Source: Verrucomicrobiaceae bacterium (GTDB taxonomy: Bacteria; Verrucomicrobiota; Verrucomicrobiia; Verrucomicrobiales; Akkermansiaceae). Taken from it: DNA of 64,000 nucleotides. The notes under the pieces were generated by a model. It searched no databases. It saw only the letters and a program-made list of their open reading frames with translations, and was not told the DNA's origin. The position numbers and the translations under genes are program-made. The stretch covers positions 608,001-672,000 of the forward strand of contig JBPOGH010000001.1 of NCBI GenBank assembly GCA_051252135.1, read 5' to 3'. Position 1 is the stretch's first letter; each line of letters opens with the position of its first letter. Below are positions 39,395 to 47,802 of this stretch, in pieces.

Positions 39395-40287
39395 TTCGAC
39401 ACCTCCAATGCTTCACGTTTCAACTCCCCAATCTCCGCCTCCCGCGACGCGATAATCGCGTCAAACTGATCCAACTCCTTCGCGTTCTGTCCCTGCTCGT
39501 GTTTTCGAAACAATCGCAGGTAAGTCTCATTCGACGGTCGCCATTGATGAAAAAACTTCTCGTTCTTCACCACAATCTTCTCTCTCAACTTCTCCCTCTT
39601 CCTTCCATCAACCTCCGGCACCTCCAACCCCATCGCCTCAGCCAACTTGGGAGCCACCACCGCATAGCCCTGTTCCGTAAAATGAAGCCCGTTATCCGTC
39701 AGCCCCACGCTGCTTCCTCCCATCACCCCATAAAGATCCGCAAATCTCACTCCCTCCTTCTCCGCCAGTCCCCGAATCCCATCCCGGTAAATCTCCAGCC
39801 TCTTGTTATGCGTCCCCATCTCCGGCATCGGCGCACCCAAGGTCTCCGCCGGCGGAGGCGATACCAACACCACCTCCCTCGGCCCGGCCGCCTCCTTGAT
39901 CATCCCAAGCAACCGACCATACCCTTCCACAAAGCGCCCCACTCCCTCTTCCCCCTCAAAAGCCGCCACTGCTCCGTAGCACACCACCACCACCGTCGGC
40001 TTGATCCGCGCCAAATCAGCCCGCAAACGATCAAACCCCTCCTGCGGCGGCCCGAAATAGCTCCGCGCATCCCCGTAAACCGTATCCCCGCTCCAGGCCA
40101 AATTCCGAAACGTCACCCGCGCCTCACCCGCCGCCAGCGTCATCGCCGTCTCCACCTGCCCGTACTTCTGCGCCCGCTCCATAAACGTGTTCCCCAAAAG
40201 AACCACCCGGTCCCCATCCTGAAACCGCAACTCGGAAGCCCCTGCCCACGAGGCCATCGCCAAAAAAATAAACCAAAATCGCCACAT
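39391..40287 (-). CDS. SGNH/GDSL hydrolase family protein
   Basis: VVLLGNT, RNLAWSGD, TDNGLH; start taken at ATG 40287. Confidence 0.82.
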   Translation of the reverse strand: MWRFWFIFLAMASWAGASELRFQDGDRVVLLGNTFMERAQKYGQVETAMTLAAGEARVTFRNLAWSGDTVYGDARSYFGPPQEGFDRLRADLARIKPTVVVVCYGAVAAFEGEEGVGRFVEGYGRLLGMIKEAAGPREVVLVSPPPAETLGAPMPEMGTHNKRLEIYRDGIRGLAEKEGVRFADLYGVMGGSSVGLTDNGLHFTEQGYAVVAPKLAEAMGLEVPEVDGRKREKLREKIVVKNEKFFHQWRPSNETYLRLFRKHEQGQNAKELDQFDAIIASREAEIGELKREALEVSK

Positions 40288-40463
40288 CCACCCTTCTCTA
40301 CGCATCAGCCCCATCATTCTATTCGTAAGATTGTTTTCCACACAAAAAGCCCCCAATCTGTCAAGATTCGCCATGAGCGACGGTTAGTTCCCTCGACCGG
40401 CCCGGATTCAAGTGTCCTTGCATCCCCGACCCTCCATCGTATCCTTTCCCATCCCTCTTTTTG

Positions 40464-43313
40464 ATGACTCACTCCCGCCAAACGTTCGCCACGCTCCCTA
40501 TTTGCCTGGTCCTCCTGTGTTCGGTCATCCTTCCGCAATCCCTCCACGCCCTCATCATTCGTCACGACACCCCCACTCTCGACTACGAGAACTACGGCAA
40601 GAACGACCTCTTCAACGCCTCCTCCAATGTTTATAAGGACGGTAACGCCGAATTCGGCTCGCTCTCCGGTAGCACCGCCATCGACAGCCGCTGGGGAGTT
40701 CACGCCCGTCACACCCTACGCTCCGTCAGCGATTGGCTCGACGACGGCAATAAAGCCCGCTTCCGCGGCACCAAGTGGAAGGGCGTCTACAGCCAGGGCC
40801 TCGGCGGCGTTCTCGTGAACCAAGTCATCCACTACGATGACGACTTCACCCGCTTCTCAAACGTCATCGATATCGCCGTCGTCCAGACCAACGCCTCCTG
40901 CTCCGCCCAACGCATCGCCCCCCTCTTCGCCGGATATGACGAAGTCGGCCGCGTCGGCTCCGGCGTCAGTGGTGCCAATAATCGTCGGGATGGCGCTGAC
41001 AACGATCGAAAAACCGAAGCCCAAAACACCAGCAATTCCAACCGCTGGTATGAAGTCCGCTGGGGCGGAAAGAACGACATCGACGTCCTCACCGGGAACT
41101 CCTTCAACGGCTCTCCCGCCAACGCCATCCTTCAGGTCGACCTCGACCACCCCACCAACACTTCCTTGAGCCGCTTCGGTGGAAACACCGCCATCGACCT
41201 CGAATACGGCTCGATGAATGGCGACTCCGGCTCTCCTATCTACGTCGATAAAAACGGCCTCGATGCCCAAATCGCCGGCGTCCTCAGCGGCGGCTCCGGG
41301 AATCTCTACGGCGACAACGTCGTCTACGTCCGCATCCGCGCCTTCCGGAACTGGATCACCGACACCGTTCTCGCAAACCCCGATAACCGCACCCTCACTC
41401 TCGCTCCCGTTCCCGATCAGATCGTCGACTCCGGTGCCCTCCTAACTTTCCCCGCCTCCGCCACCGGCTCGGAACTCCCTCCCCAATCAGTCACCTACAG
41501 CCTCATCAATCCACCCGCCGGCGCCACCATTGATCCGGATACCGGAGTCTTCAGCTGGACCCCACCCCTCACCACCCCCGGCGGCCCCCAAACCATCACC
41601 ATCCAGGCCAAGGAAGATGGCGTCGCTCAAAACACCGATACCGTCTCTTTCTTCGCCACCGTCAATGCCGGACAAATCACCGATTTCTGGTCGTGGAACG
41701 GCATCGCTCCAGCCTGGTCCAAGCTGGAAGGTAGCAACTCCTACAATCTCACCGGAAATTTCGTCTACTTGCAGGGAGATCTTCACAACTCCGTCTATCA
41801 ACAACTCCCCGGCACCATCCCCAAGGACGCCTGGGTCACGGTCGAAATCAAAGCGGCCGATTTCCATCAAACGTGGACCTCCGGCGGCGAGCTCGAGTTC
41901 GGCTTCTTTAACGGCGAGCCCACCCCCGCCAATGCCGACGCCTCCTTCCTCTTCTCCTCCATCGCCGATGTTCCCAATTACAATGGCGACGCCCTCGAGA
42001 ACGGCCTCGGCAATACCGGAGGCAACGTCCTCTACTCTTTCACCTTCCAGACCACGGATGACATGACCGACCCTTGGTTCACGCTCCGCAAAAACTTCGA
42101 CGGCGGCCGAATGGCCGTCGATGACGTCAAAATCTCCTACGCCTTTGGCGACTCGGATAACGACGGCCTCGATGACAACGCCGAGCGCCTCGCAAACACC
42201 GACCCGCTCAACCCCGACTCGGACTTCGATGGCTACCTCGATGGCTATGAGGCCCTCACTCTCGCCTCCGATCCAGCCGACCCAAGCTCCCCCGGCGGCC
42301 CCAACCCCCTCGCCGTCGGCATCAATTTCATCTCCCAACGGGGACAGGAAGCAAGCGTCGCCCGCACCCTCCCCGTCAACGCCTACGCCGGTGCACCCGA
42401 GGTCGCCCAAACGAACTGGAACCAAACCTCCGCCCTAAACGCCGTCAGCCTGTCCTCCGGCAACTTGACCGATATCGCCACCCCAAACTCCGGAGTCCTC
42501 GTCGATAGCCAAGGCAACCCCACCTCAATCGGCCTCAGCTTCACGATGAACAACACGTGGAATATAAACAACGAGTCCATCACCCCCTACGGCTCCCTCT
42601 ACGCTGGCTACCTCGACACCAACGCCAACAACAACGCCTCCGTCACCCTCTCCAATATCCCCTACCCGGAATACGATGTTTACGTCTACTTCGGCGCAGG
42701 CAGCAGCGGAGCCACCCAGACCATCACCGATGGCGCCACAATCTATTCCTTCTCGAATGCCGCCCGCTACATCGACGAACCAGGCGCTTACGTCCTCACC
42801 ACCGATACCGGCCTCAACCACCCCGCCGCAAACTACGCACGCTTCTCCGGAAAAACGTCCTCATCCGTCACCGTCACCTTCCTCCGTGGCAGCGCCAACG
42901 GCGGCATCAATGCCATCCAAATCGTCCCCACCGGTGATCCCTATGAAAACTGGGCCACCCAGCAAGGCCTCGACCTCAACGGAACCGGCGCCCCCTTGGC
43001 TGATGCCGACAACGACGGCTCCAGCAACCTCCTCGAGTTCGTCCTCCTTTCGAACCCGACCAATCCCTCCGATTCCCCGAGCCCCACCATGACCTTCGGC
43101 ACCAGTGTATCGGAAATCCTCTTCCTCAAAAACGGCAACGCCACCGGTTACACCACTCGCGTCGTCTGGTCAGCGGACCTTCAAAATTGGTCGGAGTCCG
43201 GCATCACCCAAAGCGAACAAGTCCTCAACGCCAACTTCACCAGAGTGAACGCCACCCACCCACGCTCCACCACTCAGCCCCGCTTCTACCGCATCGAAGT
43301 CACCGCTCCATGA
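40464..43313 (+). CDS. Exported trypsin-like serine protease with Ig-like domain and C-terminal FYRI domain
   Basis: Triad motifs HARH, DIAVV, GDSGSP; PAGATIDPDTGVFSWTP Ig motif; ends RFYRIEVTAP. Confidence 0.8.
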   Translation: MTHSRQTFATLPICLVLLCSVILPQSLHALIIRHDTPTLDYENYGKNDLFNASSNVYKDGNAEFGSLSGSTAIDSRWGVHARHTLRSVSDWLDDGNKARFRGTKWKGVYSQGLGGVLVNQVIHYDDDFTRFSNVIDIAVVQTNASCSAQRIAPLFAGYDEVGRVGSGVSGANNRRDGADNDRKTEAQNTSNSNRWYEVRWGGKNDIDVLTGNSFNGSPANAILQVDLDHPTNTSLSRFGGNTAIDLEYGSMNGDSGSPIYVDKNGLDAQIAGVLSGGSGNLYGDNVVYVRIRAFRNWITDTVLANPDNRTLTLAPVPDQIVDSGALLTFPASATGSELPPQSVTYSLINPPAGATIDPDTGVFSWTPPLTTPGGPQTITIQAKEDGVAQNTDTVSFFATVNAGQITDFWSWNGIAPAWSKLEGSNSYNLTGNFVYLQGDLHNSVYQQLPGTIPKDAWVTVEIKAADFHQTWTSGGELEFGFFNGEPTPANADASFLFSSIADVPNYNGDALENGLGNTGGNVLYSFTFQTTDDMTDPWFTLRKNFDGGRMAVDDVKISYAFGDSDNDGLDDNAERLANTDPLNPDSDFDGYLDGYEALTLASDPADPSSPGGPNPLAVGINFISQRGQEASVARTLPVNAYAGAPEVAQTNWNQTSALNAVSLSSGNLTDIATPNSGVLVDSQGNPTSIGLSFTMNNTWNINNESITPYGSLYAGYLDTNANNNASVTLSNIPYPEYDVYVYFGAGSSGATQTITDGATIYSFSNAARYIDEPGAYVLTTDTGLNHPAANYARFSGKTSSSVTVTFLRGSANGGINAIQIVPTGDPYENWATQQGLDLNGTGAPLADADNDGSSNLLEFVLLSNPTNPSDSPSPTMTFGTSVSEILFLKNGNATGYTTRVVWSADLQNWSESGITQSEQVLNANFTRVNATHPRSTTQPRFYRIEVTAP

Positions 43314-44425
43314 CCCCCTTCCGGATCATCGCCGGCACTCTCTGGCTCGTCGCTCTCGTCGCCGCCTACCACCTCGGGAAACAATCCCCTCCGACTCTCC
43401 CGCCCACCGTCGGGTCCCCACCTGAAAAGACGGTAAAAAACCGCCCCTCCCGGGACTTCCCGTCTCCCACCCTCTCGGACTTCGATCTCTCCCCCGAGCT
43501 CCGCAACGATCTCGAAAACCACGACCGCCTCTGGCTCCTCGCCGACTCCTGGGCTTCGCAAGATCCCGAAAACGCCGTCGCCTCACTCAGTTCCCTCTCC
43601 TCCCCCGACCCGCGAAACCCCTTCCTCTTCGCCGCTCTCTCCCGCTGGGCCACCCTCGATCCCGCCGCCGCCCAGGCATGGCTGGAGAACTACGCCATCC
43701 CTTCGGACGTCAGCCGCTTCTACCTCAACGCCGCCCTCATCCGCGGCCTCGCCCGCCGCGATCCCGACCAAGCCCTCTCCCTCCTTCTCACCCAACCCAA
43801 ATCCCCCGAGCGCACCGGCTCGCTCGATTTCATCCTCGGCGCCTGGGCCCGCCAAAGCACCGCCTCCCTTTTCCAGGCCCTCACCCAATTTCCAAAGAGC
43901 GACCCCGCCCTCCGCCTCGCCGCCTTCAAAAAAGCCCTCACCCACCTCCACCCCGATTCCCTCGCCGAAGCCACCTCCTTCTCCGCCAACCTTCCTCCCG
44001 AAGAACAACAAATCTTCCGCCAAGCCCTCGCCTCCAAATGGGCTCAGCGCGATCCCGAAGCCGCCCTCGCTTGGGCCGCCGATCTCACAGAACCCAACCA
44101 GCGCGCCCTCTCCCTCGCCGCCGTCACCACCCACTGGGCCCGTCACGATCCCCTCGCCGCCTCACAGTGGCTCGATCAAAACCCTGAATCTCCCGCTCTC
44201 GATCTCTCCGCCCGCGCCATCGCTTGGTCCACCATCGGACTCGATCCCTCACGCGCCTTCGCCCAAATCACCAAGATCCATTCCGACTCCCTCCGCCAAC
44301 AATCCTTCGAGCAAATCTCCCGCTTCTGGATCGCAGCCCAACCCGAAACCGCCCGAAACTTCCTCACCAACGATCAATCCCTCCCCCCAACCCTCCGCGA
44401 GTCCCTTCTCTCTTACTTCGAATGA
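43310..44425 (+). CDS. Membrane-anchored helical-repeat hypothetical protein
   Basis: ATGA overlap with protease stop; N-terminal TM; repeated WAxxDPxAAxxW. Confidence 0.8.
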   Translation: MTPFRIIAGTLWLVALVAAYHLGKQSPPTLPPTVGSPPEKTVKNRPSRDFPSPTLSDFDLSPELRNDLENHDRLWLLADSWASQDPENAVASLSSLSSPDPRNPFLFAALSRWATLDPAAAQAWLENYAIPSDVSRFYLNAALIRGLARRDPDQALSLLLTQPKSPERTGSLDFILGAWARQSTASLFQALTQFPKSDPALRLAAFKKALTHLHPDSLAEATSFSANLPPEEQQIFRQALASKWAQRDPEAALAWAADLTEPNQRALSLAAVTTHWARHDPLAASQWLDQNPESPALDLSARAIAWSTIGLDPSRAFAQITKIHSDSLRQQSFEQISRFWIAAQPETARNFLTNDQSLPPTLRESLLSYFE

Positions 44426-45597
44426 AGCACTCCCTCACCCTCTTAACCCTCGTTGCCGCCACCTGCTGGCTCGCCTTCCTTTGGGGGCAAAATAACGCGC
44501 CCACTCCCCAAACACCCGACGCCGCCCAAATACAAACCGCACCCCAAACCTCCCTCACCACCCACTCCGATCGCGAACGCACCGCAAACCTCCGCGAAAC
44601 CCTCGCCACCCTCCAAACCCGCGCCGACGTCCTCGCCGCCCTCGACTCCCTCCAGTTCAACGCCGACAAATCAGAGGAGAATCGCCTCCTCAGCCTCTTC
44701 TTCAAGTCCTGGCTCGAGACAAATCCCATCGACGCCCTCGCCCAGGTCCGCCGTGTCGAAAGCCTCCGTCACGACACCGCCCGCACCTCACTCGTCTTCC
44801 AAAACTGGGCCCTCGAAAACCCCGACGACGCCCTAAACCTCCTCTCCGCCATCCTCGACGGCCGCCAAACCGATCCCTCCACTTCTCCCCCCTTCCTCGA
44901 CGGCATCGACCCTCCCGACTTCATCGCCTCCCTCTTCTCAGGCCTCGCAAAAGCCGATCCCCGACGCACCGCCGCCCTCCTCGAAAAAGTCACCCCCAGC
45001 CCTGTCCTCAACCACGGCCTCGACATCCTCACCCAGCAATGGTTCGCCACCAACCCCCAACAAGTCTTCGCCTGGTCGGCCTCCATCGCCGCCCCCTCCC
45101 TCCGCCAGGCCGCCCTCACCCGCGCCGCCACCAAAGCCGGACAACTTGACAACCCCACCCCCGGAATCACCTGGGCCCAATCCCTCGACTCCCCCCAAGA
45201 CCAACAACACGCCCTCGCCGCCCTCACCAACCAATGGGCCTCCCGCCGCGCCCGTGACGCCTTCGCTTGGACAGACTCCCTTTCCGACGAATCCCTCAAG
45301 CTCACCCTCATGCCCGCCGTCCTCACCTCCCTCACTCAAGTCGATCCCGGAGCGAGCGCTGACTGGTTAAACCAATACGAGGCCTCCCCCGCCATCGATC
45401 CCTCCGTCGCCGCCTACGCCCTCGGCATCGCTCACGTAAATCCACAGGCCGCCCTCGGCAGCGCCGCCGTCATCACCGACCTTCGGGAACGCAACCGCGT
45501 CCTCGGAAAGATCGTCCTACAGTGGCGCTCCACCCACCCCGATTCAGCCGAAGCCTACCTCAAGGCACACCCCGGACTCTTCGAATCCCAAAAGTAG
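44422..45597 (+). CDS. Membrane-anchored helical-repeat hypothetical protein (paralogue)
   Basis: ATGA overlap with previous stop; N-terminal TM; WxxxNPxxA/DPxAxxxW repeats. Confidence 0.8.
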   Translation: MKHSLTLLTLVAATCWLAFLWGQNNAPTPQTPDAAQIQTAPQTSLTTHSDRERTANLRETLATLQTRADVLAALDSLQFNADKSEENRLLSLFFKSWLETNPIDALAQVRRVESLRHDTARTSLVFQNWALENPDDALNLLSAILDGRQTDPSTSPPFLDGIDPPDFIASLFSGLAKADPRRTAALLEKVTPSPVLNHGLDILTQQWFATNPQQVFAWSASIAAPSLRQAALTRAATKAGQLDNPTPGITWAQSLDSPQDQQHALAALTNQWASRRARDAFAWTDSLSDESLKLTLMPAVLTSLTQVDPGASADWLNQYEASPAIDPSVAAYALGIAHVNPQAALGSAAVITDLRERNRVLGKIVLQWRSTHPDSAEAYLKAHPGLFESQK

Positions 45598-45601
45598 CCA
45601 A

Positions 45602-47788
45602 CTACTCCATCTTACGAATCCGGTAAAACACCTTCGAGTTCTCCGGTGCCGGAGCAATAAAATCATCCACCGCGGTGCCCGATGTCGCCCCAGTCTCAAT
45701 CGTCGCATTATCGGTGATCTCAAACCAATTTGAATCTGTCAGATCGAGGGAATATTCCAGAAAATAGGTTCCCGGAGCCCCCTTCCAATCCACCTCCACA
45801 TTGCCATTCGATAGCACCCTGACCTGGGTGATTTCCAGCGCTTCCGGCTCAGGTGCCAAAAGTGCCTCAACATCCGCCGCATCAAGCGCCCGATTATAAA
45901 TTCGGATATCATCCATCTTCCCGGTCAATGATCGCCCCGCAATCGATCTCGACGCTCCGATACGGACATTCACATCCGTACTCGAATTAATCTCCGTTCC
46001 TCCCACCACCGAAAGCGGATCCAAAACGCCATCAACATAGAAGACGACTTCGCCCACCGTCGTTCCCACCGTGGGATCAAAAACCATCACGCAATGATGC
46101 CAGGTGTCATCGGCAATAAGCGCACTGCCATTGCTTCCGGAACCCGCCACCTCGGTCCGGATCACCCCCGATGAATTTCCATTCACCCGCGTATCAAACC
46201 GGTTTCCCGTTGCCGTCCCCCCCCAGGAAACCAGCGTCGCATTGTTGTTTGGCTGCGTTGCCGGCCCCTTGAACCAAAAGGCGATTGTCCGGGCGTTCCC
46301 TCCGCCGATTCCACTGTAGTTCAAAATATCCACCCAGCTGTTCGCTCCATCAAAAACAATCGATGCCGTCGATCCTCCGGGCACCGGTGCCGGATCGGAT
46401 GTATCAAACACCGGAAACCCAAAAAACGTCCCGATGAACCCCTCACCGGTCTCGGAAATAAGTGAAGTCCCGCTCGTTTCACCTTCCGCTTCACCCACCT
46501 TCCAGTGGGCGATCAGACTCGGATCATCCAGCTCAAGCGCTGTCACGGTCACCATCGAGCTAACAGAACCTACCGAGTTCGTCGCAGTCAGCGTATACGT
46601 GGTTGTCTCGGCCAAAAGCACCGCCACACTTCCGGATAGCGGATCCACCACTCCCACTCCCTGATCGATCTCAACCGTCGTTCCGTTCGTCACCTCCCAC
46701 GACAAGGTGATTTCATTTCCGGGGGGAATCTCTGAAAAATTGGACGTGAAACTATTCACCACCGCAGGCTCATTCACCACCACCGTCAACTCGAGGGATT
46801 CCGTCCCCACCGGCCCTGTCCCCTCCAAAGTGTAGGTCGTCGTCACTGTCGGCGACACCGGGATGCCCCCCTCACAATCAGTCGTCTGCGCCGCTACACT
46901 CACCGGTCCCGATCCATCATCCAGGGTCAGAGAGGTCAAAGCGGGTGAAACCAACCAGGACAAAGCCGCGCTGTCCCCACTGTCCAAATAAGGAACATCG
47001 CTCTCGAATGTCACCAAAGTTTCCGCGTCTGCCAGAAATCCTTTGTAATGGGCCGAAATCCTCGAATCAGCCGTATCACCATCACCGTCCGGATCGTCCA
47101 ATCGCTTATCAAAAAACGCCACATCATCGACAACTCCCACGAAGAACTGACTCGCCAACCCCTTGTGCGCGCCAATCACCCAAGACCCGTTGGCTGGCTC
47201 CGCCGTCCGGGTTCCTGCCCCTGCCTCCACCCCGTTCACATAAAACCTCAAGGTCGGTTCTCCACTGCCGGCCGCGCTCTGATCATAGGTGAGCATCACA
47301 AGATCATACCCATCCTCCGTCACCGGAATCCCCGAGAAGCTCGTCGCTCCTCCAACATAAGTCGTAAACTCCCGTTGCAAATTCACCAGCAAATCACTTC
47401 GCCCGGGACCGGAGCTTCCATCCTGATTGGAAAAAATGATTCCCTCAAGCACTCCCAAATCTCCGGTCCGCACAACCGCTTCCAGCGTAAAATCCCCCGC
47501 CGACGGATCAAACATCAACGGAGTAACCAGTGCTCCATCCGCATTGAACTGCACCCCTCTCCCCATCGCACTATCCACCCCGATCACCGTCGTTCCTGTC
47601 GGCGCGCTAAAATCAATATCAAGCCCGTTGCCACTCGAATCCACCAGGGTGGTCGCTCCCGCCTCCTCTTCGAAACGGTAGTATGCCAATGGGGAATCCG
47701 AGATCACGGCCCCCGAAAAATCAGCCTGCGCGGTGGATACCAGCGCAATGGCCGTTATGGATTGAACTAAGAGAGCTTGTTGTTTCAT
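45602..47788 (-). CDS. Exported protein with two LamG-like domains and C-terminal FYRI domain
   Basis: PLAYYRFEE...DSSGNG, FVGVVDDVAFF, DDTWHH, GKMDDIRIYNRAL; ends VFYRIRKME. Confidence 0.85.
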   Translation of the reverse strand: MKQQALLVQSITAIALVSTAQADFSGAVISDSPLAYYRFEEEAGATTLVDSSGNGLDIDFSAPTGTTVIGVDSAMGRGVQFNADGALVTPLMFDPSAGDFTLEAVVRTGDLGVLEGIIFSNQDGSSGPGRSDLLVNLQREFTTYVGGATSFSGIPVTEDGYDLVMLTYDQSAAGSGEPTLRFYVNGVEAGAGTRTAEPANGSWVIGAHKGLASQFFVGVVDDVAFFDKRLDDPDGDGDTADSRISAHYKGFLADAETLVTFESDVPYLDSGDSAALSWLVSPALTSLTLDDGSGPVSVAAQTTDCEGGIPVSPTVTTTYTLEGTGPVGTESLELTVVVNEPAVVNSFTSNFSEIPPGNEITLSWEVTNGTTVEIDQGVGVVDPLSGSVAVLLAETTTYTLTATNSVGSVSSMVTVTALELDDPSLIAHWKVGEAEGETSGTSLISETGEGFIGTFFGFPVFDTSDPAPVPGGSTASIVFDGANSWVDILNYSGIGGGNARTIAFWFKGPATQPNNNATLVSWGGTATGNRFDTRVNGNSSGVIRTEVAGSGSNGSALIADDTWHHCVMVFDPTVGTTVGEVVFYVDGVLDPLSVVGGTEINSSTDVNVRIGASRSIAGRSLTGKMDDIRIYNRALDAADVEALLAPEPEALEITQVRVLSNGNVEVDWKGAPGTYFLEYSLDLTDSNWFEITDNATIETGATSGTAVDDFIAPAPENSKVFYRIRKME

Positions 47789-47802
47789 GGTTGGTTTCTG
47801 GG

